A stretch of DNA of 53,541 nt from Geosiphon pyriformis uo1 (Eukaryota > Fungi > Glomeromycota): NCBI GenBank assembly GCA_016748015.1, contig JAAOMT010000405.1, positions 4,733 to 58,273 on the forward strand, in the 5' to 3' direction. Shown one piece after another: positions 23,601-34,199 of this stretch. Position numbers and translations under genes: made by a program. The notes beneath the pieces are model-generated. The model had not been told where the DNA came from. It saw nothing but the letters and a program-made list of their open reading frames with translations, and did not search any database. How positions within the stretch are numbered: position 1 is the first letter of the stretch; every line of letters starts with the position of its first letter.

Positions 23601-25371
23601 TTTGCAGATTTTGTGCTGTACTCCGCTAAATCCTCTTTAATATTCTGTTAAGCTAAGAGTGAACACTTCAAACAATTTCCTAGCAGGTGTAGTTCGTATA
23701 TTTCTTGACAACAAGCTGTCTTTGGATAACAAACTTCCCTGTGTCTTTCACTCTTCTGGCTGTTTTACAATGTCATTGGTATTGGGTAATCTTTTGTATT
23801 TCAATGTGGTTCGCTCCTTGAAAATTGCTGGTATGGCATATGGTGACCAACTTCTGGACAAAAAGGGTTCTGTTGTTAGTTGGCATACTTTTCACTGATG
23901 GAAAAGACTTGGTTCTAGAAGCCCCATGCCTTTATGATTTTTGAGAGCCTTCACTCACTTGAATAGGTTTTTGCATGCTCCCCTTTCTACAAGTTTAGCT
24001 TCTGTCTGTGCTAGTGTTTTGGATTTGATGTCTTTTGCCAATATTTGTGAGGAGATTCATGGATTGTGGGCTGATGAGATTGATGTTTACACTGATGGTT
24101 CTCTTAAAAACTTGGGTACATTTCAGGTGATGTGTGGTGCTGCTACTTATTTTCCTAGCTTGAACAAAGGTTTAGGAGTGGAGGTACATGGTGTGCTGTC
24201 TTTGACCCTGGCTGAATTACAGGCTGTTGTCCTGGCTCTGGAGTGTATTCCTGCCTCTGTTTCAGTGGCTTTGTACACAGATAGTCAAGCGGCTATTGAT
24301 GCATGTGTGGCCAAATTGGGTCTCTTACAACCAGATTGTCGCAATAGTTGCTGGATAGAAAAGTGCCATGTGATTGATTTGATTAAATCCAAAGATCTAA
24401 CTGTTTGCTAGATCAAAGTCAAAGATCATGCTGGCATTACTGGTAATGTTATGGCTGATGTTTTTGCTGAACAAGCTGCACACTCTAGGATCTCTTTTCC
24501 TGTCAGAATTAATTGTAGATATGTGGTGGCTGATGGCAGGCCAGTTTCTGGTAATGCCTGCCATTTTGTATGTGATATTTTTTGTTCCATTTGCAAGTTT
24601 CAATGGGAAGTGGGTCCTGGCTAAGAGGTTTTGTCTTGTTTGTTTGTTCTGGTTGTTGATTGGAATTGTACCGCTTTAGTTTGGCACCCTGACTCTCATA
24701 TGCTCTCTTGGAGTACGTGTTGAGCCACTGCTGCTCTTCATATGTACTTTATGAAAGCTGTTTATTTCAAGTTGCCTGTTGCTGTTTGAAAGAGACTGTA
24801 TAGTAAGGATTACTCTGGTGTGACATGTCTATTTTGTGGTAATGTGGAACTCCCTGATCATGGTTTTACTTGTGTTAAGGATGCTTCTATGCGGTTGGAT
24901 ATTTTGGGTAACTTTGGTGGTTTGTGGAAAACTCTGATGGGTCCTGATCTACTATCACTGTCTTTTGTGTTGTAAGATCTCTCTTTGGGGGTGTCTGATG
25001 TTGGTTTGTATTCAGTTTTTTGCAAGGGATTTGTTCTCAAGAGTTGGATGGATGAGACCATTGCTCTTTTCAGTGACAAGAAGAAAGCGGTCTTTGTGGT
25101 AATAGATTTTGTCTGTCGTTTAGCTAAGAGTCATAGGACGAACCTCTGGTTTTTTAGAACTAAGTTCAGGTCTGACATGAGGAGAAGTGGTTTGATTGGT
25201 AATAATGTTGTTGTGGTCAGTGCTCTTAGTGTAAGTGTTCTGCCTCTTTCAGCTAGCATGGTTTGTTTTACTGGTGTGTTGGATTCTTTTGATGTTGGTT
25301 TTGGTTTTAGAGATAGGTTCTTGTTTTTGTCTGGTGCTGTTCCTAGAGTTAGTGTTTCTATAAGTGTGTAG
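20686..25371 (+). pseudogene. LINE C ORF2: APE-RT-RNase H-CCHC
   Basis: WKIATCNVRG, LDYI, TDH, RPIALIET, VFVDNTIW, VYTDGSL, HAGITGN, CLFCGNVELPDHGFTC. Confidence 0.92.
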
Positions 25372-25506
25372 TGTTGCCTTGATTGGCTCAAGTGGCCAGT
25401 CACATGTAGCAAATGCGTGAACCATGTTTAGTTGGCTACTTTTTTTTGTAACTTATCCTAGACTTTGGTTGGGCTGCACTTGTTAATAAAATAAAATAAA
25501 TAAATC

Positions 25507-25760
25507 ATGACTAAAACAAAGAGTAAAAAAGCTATATTTGCTATTTTTTCTAAGATACTTAATAAAATTTCAACCAGAAAAGCTCTTTTTGTTATAGAAG
25601 CAACTAGGCAAAACATTTTAGAAGTCTTTTTTTTACTCAGTAATTGTTATTACAGGTAACTATTTTTGGTGTTAGATTAAATAACAAAACTCATAACTTG
25701 GTGCTCAAATCTAGTTGTAGTTGATAATAATCTAAAAATTTGTGTTTGAAGAGTTTGTAT
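25507..25760 (+). pseudogene. Decayed start of an ORF (MTKTKSKKA...), possibly the 5' end of another retroelement into which LINE C inserted
   Basis: ATG directly after the tail of C and inside the putative TSD; coding-like for ~45 codons; family assignment not demonstrable from this window. Confidence 0.3.
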
Positions 25761-25849
25761 TTGAAGGGTTTGGTTGAGTTCTTTATATAATGGACAGAGA
25801 TTCAATGGTAATAGTTTTATCTGTAGCTTTCTAAAACCACAGTTTTGTC

Positions 25850-26520
25850 AATTTTTTTCTCAGCTTGATGGCTGGTATTTCTCCTAGTAAGCTATCTTCA
25901 ATTGAGTGTTCTACCCATTATTTCTGAGTCTTTTACCAGTCATGTTTATCCTAATGTCAGTACCCCACACATTAATTTTCAATAAAGTTAGTAAACAACA
26001 ATAAAATCAAAGCAAGAAATAAAGAAAAGAAAAGAAAATAAAGAAAGAAAAGAAATAAGCCAAGGCAATTTACAAGTTAGTATTCCATTAATAGCCATGA
26101 TCAAGAGCTATTGTTTCAGTATGGTTAAGTATCAATTATTATCAACATGAAGTGTTAATAGTGGCAGCAGGTTTAAGATAACAAACAGTTATTTATTTGT
26201 GGTTTGGAAAGTTGTTTAGATGAAATCTAAACTGAGAGATCTGTCTTTTCAGCTTCTAATCCTACTGTTATATATACATAATTGAGATTCCTCAATTCCT
26301 CAATTCTTCACAACAGGAATCCTGGGATTCTTGGAATCCTGCAATTTTTTTGAGAAGAATTCTGGAATTCTGGAATCCTGTGATTCTTTGTGAGAATTCT
26401 GTAATTCCTGGAATTCTGCAATTCCTGAGAGAAATCCTGGAATTCCATATTTTACTATGTCTACTTCTGATTGGTTAATAACTATGCTAATATATATTCC
26501 CTATATTTCTATGAGTAACA
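25850..26520 (-). mobile_element. Gypsy 5' LTR (26112-26520) plus leader fragment
   Basis: TGTTAC...GAAACA termini on the minus strand; 25850-26180 is homologous to 40420-40740 (leader/U5 of the large Gypsy). Confidence 0.8.
26280..26450. repeat. Tandem 8-10-nt (ct)ggaattc(c) repeats in LTR U3
   Basis: Direct reading of repeated ggaattc/ggaatcc/gcaattc units. Confidence 0.8.
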
Positions 26521-28253
26521 ATGGCAGAGAACATGCCATAATATATGCCAGTAGATCTCTCACACCAGCAGAAAAGAACTATTCAGTTACTAAACAAGAA
26601 TGTTTAGCAGTAGTTTGGGCTATTAGTTACTGGGATTAATATTTTCTTGGTGCAAAATTCTTAGTAATAACAAATCATCAAGTCTTGGTTTGGCTGTGCA
26701 ATAAAAAGAAGCTGGAACACAAATGAATAACTCACTGGATACTCCACTTAAATGAATTTGACTATGATATTTAATACTGCAAAGAAACAAATTATCAAAA
26801 CACCAGTGCTCTCTCTAGACTTACTATTTAGTAATAATAAAACCTCTCAAACCAAACCAACTTAATTATTAGTAACCCCTTCATAAACAAACATAATAAT
26901 AGACTTGGACAACTACTCTGTCTTAATAGAATTTTTGGGTAAAGAACAATACTCACTAGAATACATCTAATAGCAAAGAAAACATTTGTACAAACAATCA
27001 AATTTCTATTTGATTCACCAGAACCAGTTATATAAAAGAAATAGAAAAGATCTTAACCATTTCCAAAGAATCATCAGATTTGAAGAAAAAAAAATTGTAA
27101 TATATAACATACATACTGACCCATTAGCTGAACACTTTAGAAAAACAAAGACAATTCAAAAAACTTTAGCTTACTATTATTGGCCTACCTTGAGAAAAAA
27201 CATTGCTGAATACATCAAAACCTGTGACATCTGCCAAAAAAAAGGCAAACTCAATTGCAAAAAAAATATCTATCCAATTTCTGTTGGTCAACTATTTGAC
27301 AGAATTGGTATAGATGTTGTTGGATCTTTAACAATAACTTCTAATAGCAACAGATATATTATCACAGTTATTAACTATCTTACAAAATGAGTAGAAACAA
27401 GAGCCACTCCTAACTAAACAGTAGTCTCAATAGCCAATTTTATTTATAAAGATATCATTTGCCATCATGGCTGCTCCAAAGAACTTTTATCTAATAGAGA
27501 AAGAGCTTTTCTTAATACACTGGTTGAAGAACTTTGTAGAAAAATGGGAATACATCATAAACTTTTCTCCTCTTATCACTCCCAAACAAATGGCCTAGTG
27601 GAACATTTTAATAGAACACTATGTGAAACTCTAGCCAAAACCAGTAAAGAAACAAACTTATAGAACAAAGTACTGCCTTCAGTTTTATTTGCTTATAGAA
27701 CTGTGAATCATGACATAACAAATTATGAACTTTTTTATCTGCTCTATGAACATATGGCAGCACTACCAATAGAAACTGACATTGAAACAATACCATTTAA
27801 AGAGATCACAATAGGAAATTACAAAGACATTTTGCAAAAAAGACTTGGTACTATTCTTGACTTCTTGGTAGAAGCATGAATAATTGCTTTTGAAAAGGTA
27901 AAACAGTTCCAAGAAAAGCTTAAAAGAAAGAAAACCTATAAAACACTTTCTTTAAGTGTTGGTAACTTGGTACTAGAATACTGTTCTGACAGAGACAATG
28001 TTTATGGTAATAAATTTTCTAGCCAGTGAAAAAAATCTTTTATAGTCAACAAAGTTTTGAACAATAGTTCTTATATTCTTTAAGATTAATTTGGAACAAT
28101 CTTCAATGATCATCCTGTTCATGATACACGACTCAAAAAATATCATAAATAACCTGATTGGCTGTCTGTTGTGATAATACCAACTCAAATGATCAACAAA
28201 AATCAAGTATAAATAAATACACCATTCCCAAAACAGAGGTATTTTCAATTGAC

Positions 28254-28910
28254 ATGAACAATTATTTTTTGGATCAAAACATTCAAAACACCTTCTATAC
28301 TCTTTATGAGTATTGGATCAAAAACTATCTAAATGCTACTTTGACTATTGGAAAACAAACCACTATAACTAATAACAGTAGAACACATACTATTATTAGA
28401 CCAAAGAAAATTACTACCAGAAGAGAAAGAATTGGTAGTAAAATAAATAAATATCTGTTAGAAAGTATAACAGCAGCTATACTTTCATCTTCCAGCACAA
28501 TTGGAAAAACACTTCAAGAAATCTTATCCATAGACAAAAACTTGTCATATGGAAGGCAATTAGAACTCTATGGTCGCTTTGGTGAAATTATAGAGGATAT
28601 AAAACTTATAAAAAAAACAACTTCAGAGATACAGGCAGAAATTTTGGGCATTATATAGTTAGATGTTCCAAGAGTTTTAACTATTGCTAGAAGAGCTAAA
28701 ACTTTAATACAAAGATTTGGTTTCTTGGATACAAAACTCATTTTGCCTCAAGTGTTATATACCCTATCCACAAAAGACTTCAACAAACTAGTTAGCTTTG
28801 AGTTAAATAAAACTCTTCCAATAGATTACACCATAAATAGCTTGATTTTGCTGGAGCTTAATCTCTTTAGAGAGGATAATATTATAGTTGAAACTTATAC
28901 TTCTTATTAA
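28254..28910 (+). pseudogene. Extra ORF (ORF3) of unknown function between integrase and 3' LTR
   Basis: ORFs 28158-28658 and 28725-28910 are one frame with a single TAG; ~218 codons from ATG 28254, ending just inside the LTR. Confidence 0.7.
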
Positions 28911-29618
28911 TTATCACATGTATTAGCCACTGATGTCACATAAATTAGCCACTCTATTTTTAGAAAGTGATTATTAATCTGATCAATGACCTGACTATTA
29001 ACCTGATCATTGACCTGATCAATAACCTGATCATTGACCTGATCATTGACTTGATCATTGACCTAGTTATTGACCTAATCATTGACTACTTTTGACAGCT
29101 ATATAAGCAATGAATCTTTTAGCTGTAGAAATGTATAAATAAATCAAGAAAATCAAATAAATAAAATAACAACTTTTATCTCAATTCTTCTCTTATCACT
29201 AATTTTTCTTTTCCTACTTTCAAGTATCTGAACATTTTAAAGATAAAAAATTACTTGTTGGTTATTCTTTATCCTTTTCCTAAAATGTGTAATTGCAGCA
29301 ATTAAAGATTATTGAATAAAACATGACTAAAGAGCACATCTGATACTTGATATTGAATTCTAAAAACACTGACATAAGGCATAGAATTATACCAAGTGTG
29401 ATCATTTGTTGACAGTATGGACTATCCCTCTATCTTTAAATTCCCCAGTTACCTTTGAAAAGTATAGCGACTGAAATATTTTATGAGACTGATCTCACAC
29501 ATTAAATTCATATTTATTTAATTCATTCTTTGAAGTTAAATTCCTTTTGATTATTTCGATCATCTTACAATCTTGTTCTCTCTTGCTATCTGTTAGCTTG
29601 TTACTCTAATCCATAACA
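28880..29618 (+). repeat. 3' LTR (~740 bp)
   Basis: Follows PPT agagaggataa; termini tattat (decayed TGTTAT)...ataaca; TATA-like tatataa at ~29100. Confidence 0.8.
28975..29090 (+). repeat. 12-bp tandem array (ctgatcattgac)n in LTR U3
   Basis: About 9 units read directly. Confidence 0.9.
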
Positions 29619-29832
29619 ATATCACACTTCTAGATCTTACAATAGAGCAGGAATTAACTCAATTCAGTAATAATAATAAGGGCATTATGGCTAAACGTGC
29701 ACATAATATGAATGCAGGATTTGAAATTAAATATCTTGAACAAATTCCTATAGTTTAAAAACACCATTTATATACCAAAATAGATTTAAAAATAGATTTA
29801 AAAATAACAATAAAAATTACAGCAACAACATT
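29619..29832 (+). pseudogene. Fragment of a Gypsy-borne dUTPase domain
   Basis: ITLLDLTIEQELTQFSNNNKGIMAKRAHNMNAGFEIKY..TKIDLK aligns with 36179-36469 (IALPNFSKKQELKWFSDNNEGIMPKHAHNTDVEFDLRY). Confidence 0.8.
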
Positions 29833-29891
29833 GAGACAAGAGAGAAATTTAGAAGATTTTGCAGAAGCTCAATTTTAAAAGAGAGGGATAA

Positions 29892-30315
29892 TATTATCTG
29901 AGTAGAAAAACCAAAAAGTCATGAGAAAACATGACAAAGAAATGTTACAAGAAAAACACATTACAACTCGAAATAACATAGGACAAACATAAGCAATAGC
30001 TAACAATAATGAGCAATAGCTAGCAATAACAAAACAATAGCTAGCAATAGTAAAGCAATCAAAAGCAATTCTATAAAACAAAAAAAATGTATAAAAATGA
30101 ATAGCTGTAGAAGTTAAAAAAGACATTCAGAGAGAAAATTAGACTTTCAGGAGTCAATTAAACTCTCAAAGTCAATTAGACTCACAGGTCATAATTATTA
30201 AATACTTCTCCTTTTAAGGATAGTTGCTATTGACCAAAATAAAATTATATTAATAAAATATCTTTTTAATTTTTCAAATTCATGTTATTAATTCATTATT
30301 TAATCTGCTGGCACA
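29892..30315 (+). repeat. Gypsy LTR with PPT upstream and leader downstream
   Basis: gcagaagctcaattttaaaagagagggataa precedes it (compare 31925-31960 minus); ends ...gcaca and is followed by the family leader hairpin; gcaatagcta repeats shared with LTR 40663-41180. Confidence 0.75.
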
Positions 30316-30659
30316 ATAGCTCTTGATCACAGCTATTGACAGAACACTTATTTTTTATTTTATTTTCTTTATTTCTTTATTTTCTTTTATTTTATTTTAT
30401 TTTATTTATTTTTCTCTTATGGAGCAGCAATATAAGAAAATTGACTGTTTGGGAATAGACTTCGTGATAGCCTGGTAAAAAAGAAAAGCTCTCTCTAGAT
30501 TTTTGGATATTAATGTTATTTTAATAGCTTACCAAAAGGGCAAAAAGACAATGCCAAACTCTAATGACTGCACTTGTTAGCTCGAAAAAGAAAGCTCATC
30601 ATTATAAGAAGTTGTAATTAGTGAAAACCAAAACTCTGTGCTTTATAACCAAAAAACTC

Positions 30660-31520
30660 AACGGTGTTACCAGAAGTTTTTGGTCTCTTTTTTTGAATGT
30701 TGTAACTGTCTGTTGGTTGCAAATTTGTGTTTTCTAGAAGTAGTTGAACCTCCAATAACTGAATTTATCTTCAAATTATTTCCTATAATTTGAACTACTG
30801 GACTTATAAGTGGAATGGCTAATTCCTTGCCAATTACTTTATGTAGTTATGTTGTAGTAAATGTCAACTCTTTTCCAGGAATTGCTCATCTGGAAGCTCA
30901 CTAAAAATATGTAGTTACTTTGCTGTGAAAGTCAACTCTTCTACAGGAATTTTGTCTGTAAGCTACCCTAATAATTGTGATAAAAAAAGAAAAAAAAAAG
31001 AAAAAAAATGTAAAAAAAATAGGATTTTATCAAGGAAAACGTTTTCTATCCAGGCCTGGAATCACTAACAGTTTACTGAAATTGGTAGCTAATCAATATC
31101 AAAACATTAGTTGGGTTTTGAGGATTTTCTAAGTGTAATAATTAAAGAATTTGGTTTTTTGAATTATTTGATATTTATTTCTTTTTGTGTATGTAGGAAT
31201 GGTTTTAAGTGATAAATCTAAAGTAAAATACATTTTTTTGAAAAGAAAAGCTCTTCTTTTATACAACTTGTTGTAGTACTAGTCTATGAACTTGCACTTT
31301 TTCTCTTTGCTTAAATTTCAGCAAACTAAAGATACATTTTGATGGACTATAAGTTATTTCGCTGAACTATTGATTAATTTGGGTGAACTATTCATAATTT
31401 CAGCAAATTTCTATAAATTTCGGCGAATTTCTTATAAATTTTGGCGAATTTCTGTAAATTTTGGCGAATTTTTGAATGTTACAAAGTTCAGGGTATTGTG
31501 TAATTTGATCATCCTACTTT
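30660..31520. mobile_element. Probable relic of another LTR element (leader/LTR-like DNA with tandem repeats)
   Basis: Two ~35-bp direct repeats at ~30863-30965; 19-21-bp array aaattt(t/c)ggcgaatttct at ~31397-31473; layout resembles the neighbouring LTRs. Confidence 0.4.
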
Positions 31521-31521
31521 T

Positions 31522-31808
31522 TGTTATACTAATTAGATTATTTAATTGAATCGTGATATGTGATAATTGATTAAATAATAAATAATAATTTGAAATGATA
31601 TTAATATACTAATTAATTATAGAAATTATAAAGGTAATTTCATGCTAATTAATAGCTAAAATTCTACTGGTAACAACAGGTAAATTCCTATCTAGAAAAA
31701 ACTTTCAGAGACTGATAAACATCAATCTTGTGAAAAACATACAACCTTAAAATACTAAAGTAGAGCACCAAATGTTACCACTATATCTCACCAAGTTTAC
31801 TCATAACA
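31522..31808. repeat. Short LTR-like segment with TGTTAT...ATAACA termini
   Basis: Perfect 6-bp terminal inverted repeat; abuts and truncates the 3' LTR of the large Gypsy; no TSD found. Confidence 0.5.
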
Positions 31809-31944
31809 ACGTGTTATTCAATGTTATTGTACATTATTCTGTGTTTCTTTATATTTCATTATATTTTTTTTTGGATCATGTTTTTTTCTTCTTTCATTGA
31901 TAAGCTTTCTTTCTTTAAGTAATATTATCTTCTTCTTTTTTAAT

Positions 31945-32720
31945 ATTGAGCTTCTGCAAAATTAGTTATGTCTGTTAATAGAACTTCATTCATGTAATAT
32001 TCAATAGTTATATGGACTATGGCTTTTTGTAGATCTTAAAACTGTTAATTGGTCATTTATCCTATGTTGTTGACTATTATCTTTTTCAAAGTTCCATCTA
32101 ATAGTACATTTGGACAATGTCAGAAAGTGACATATAATTAACATACTGCTTTGTAATATAGTGTTAGGTTGTTTCTTCTTATGAATTCTTCTACTTGTTA
32201 TATTGCTTTTTTGTTGAAAGTTTTTTGGTTGTAGTCTCCATATGGGTTTTTTAAGTCTAGTTATTTCTTGATTTTGTAAAACCAATATGTTAGAGGAAGT
32301 CTTTTTTTTCACTTCTAGGCATTGTCTAGTGTCCATTCCCTTGTTTCGAGGAGTTCAGTCCAATGAGCTAAAGATTTTTTAATTTTTTTTAGCTTGAGGG
32401 CCAAGTATGTTGTATATAATTGTTTTTGTTTTTTATCTAATTTTTTCACTCCTTCTTCTTTCTCTTTTTTTTTTTCTTCACATTCTGCCCAAAAAGTATA
32501 TTTAATTTTTTTTTGTAAAATTTTTTTCCTGGGCAGAGTGTAAAGATAAGAATAGTTAGTTCTAGTTAAACTCTTACTCATCCCTCTTTTCTTCTTATTT
32601 TTATATTTTATTTTATTTTTATCAATTATAATTTTTATTTAAGATGTAAATTTTTGAATTTTGTCAAATAATTGTTTAGATAATTTTAAAATTTTGTCAA
32701 AAAGGTCCATGTTTGAAATT
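31945..32720 (-). pseudogene. Extra ORF (ORF3) after integrase
   Basis: Coding-like pieces (32315-32581 and an alternative frame ..VEEFIRRNNLTLYYKAVC*LYVTF..DITNFAEAQY*) ending at the PPT. Confidence 0.55.
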
Positions 32721-32899
32721 TTTATCATTCCCTTCTTTGTGGTTTCAAGGCTTATATGCACATAATATCTAAATTTCAGCACATGTGTAGCTATGTTTTA
32801 ATGATTATAATTGGTTTCATATCTTGTGATATATTTTTTGGTCTGATTAATAGAATTTGTGCTTCTAGTTGTGGTACTAATAATATTGATCCTTGTGTT

Positions 32900-34030
32900 G
32901 TTTAATAAATTTTTAAACAATTTTCATGTGCTGTTTTTTTTAGAATTCTGTTTTTCAATCATAACTTGTAAGATCCATTTTCCAAAATTTTGTGTATGTA
33001 AAATGGTCCATTCCATTTGGATTAAACTTTCTATTCAATTGTTTTTCACTTTGGTACAATGTAACAGTATTTTGTCTTCAATTTTGAATTCGACTGGTTT
33101 ATCTAGTAGTTAGTTATCATGCCTTTTTTTTGTGACTTTTGGATAATATTAACTGTTTTTCACCATTTGTTTTTTAGTATTTTTATTAAGTTATATGTTC
33201 TTCTTAATAATGTTTCTTAGAAATTGTCTTCTGTTATTGGTTCTATTGGATATGTATTGACTTTTATCTCAACTGATAATGTTGCTGTTCTATTATATAC
33301 TAATTCAAATGGTATTGCTTGTGTAGTATTTTGCTTTATTATATAATAAGCAAATAATACTGATAGTATAAATAAATCCCATTTGTTCTGATTTTTTTGG
33401 CTGATTTTGGCTATCACTTCACACAATGTTCTATTGAATCTTTTAACTAATTCATTGGTTTGTGAGTGATATGGTAATGATAATAGTCTTTTTATTTTGA
33501 ATCTTTGACTTAGTTCTGTTAATGTTCTATTCACAAAGTAAGTTTTTTGGTCAGATAATAATTCTTTTGAACATCTGTGTCAACAAATCAGATCTTGATG
33601 AACAAATTTGGCAATGGATTCTGCATCTACTTTTTGAATTGTTTTTGCTTCTGGCTATTTAATAAGATAATCTATGATTACTACAATATATCTGTTTTCT
33701 CTATTAGTTATTGTTAATGGTCTGACTAAGTCAATTCCAATACAATTGAATAGTTGTTCTACTTTAATTGGTCTTAATGGCTTGCTGAGTCTTGTTCCTC
33801 CTCTTTTCTAATAAGCATCACAATTTTGAACATATTAAATGATGTCTGGATACATTGATAGCCAATAGTATCTCTTTCTAGTTTTTTCTATAATTGTTTC
33901 TTTTTGAAAATGTTCTGCTGTTAAATCAGAGTACATGTTAAATAATATTGTTTCTTTTTCTGGTTCTGTGATTACTTTGGTTGATTAATCTGAATTCTTT
34001 TTATTTTTTCGATAAAGTATATTTTGGTGA
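32900..34030 (-). pseudogene. Gypsy integrase with GPY/F tail
   Basis: SDLTAEHF..YYWL..CDAY, CIGIDLVRPL, YHSQTNELVKRFNRTL, WNGPFYIHKILENGSYKL. Confidence 0.88.
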
Positions 34031-34199
34031 GTGATAAAATATTTGGACTGTTGTTTGATATGATTTTGTTCTTTTTGAAATAATTTTTTTTGAACCATTG
34101 AGTATTTATAAAATGTTGAAGTTGTTAATATTTTTGTGTATTCATCTTTTGTTATATTTTTGGGTTGAAATGTTTTTAGATTTGTCTTATTCGTAATAA

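Larger units (their letters stand above)
18686..25503 (+). mobile_element. LINE copy C, full length, most divergent ORF2/3'UTR, (AATAA)n tail
   Basis: 5' inverted repeat 18688-18757; ORF1/ORF2 remnants; 3'UTR core and tail at 25372-25503; weak TSD atcataac/atcatgac. Confidence 0.93.
26521..29618 (+). mobile_element. 5'-truncated Ty3/Gypsy element: RNase H - integrase - extra ORF - PPT - 3' LTR
   Basis: [34 protein letters not shown] (RNase H); HTDPLAEHF..YYWP..CDIC, RIGIDVVG, NGLVEHFNRTL (integrase); RH-before-IN order. Confidence 0.92.

Noticed and set aside
28975-29090. CRISPR-like array (also 26280-26450, 31397-31473, 40920-41100)
   Set aside because: Head-to-tail short repeats without unique spacers, inside LTR-like DNA in a eukaryotic context; no cas genes
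31083-31092. TGGTAGCT as a tRNA-iMet-type PBS
   Set aside because: No LTR ending in CA directly upstream, and flanking layout suggests the opposite orientation; too short to support
31522-31808. Clean solo-LTR insertion
   Set aside because: Flanks (ctttt / acgtg) show no TSD and the interrupted LTR does not resume on the other side; kept only as an LTR-like segment
32720-32950. Chromodomain at the integrase C-terminus
   Set aside because: No aromatic-cage pattern (YLVKW..TWE) after the GPY/F motif in either Gypsy
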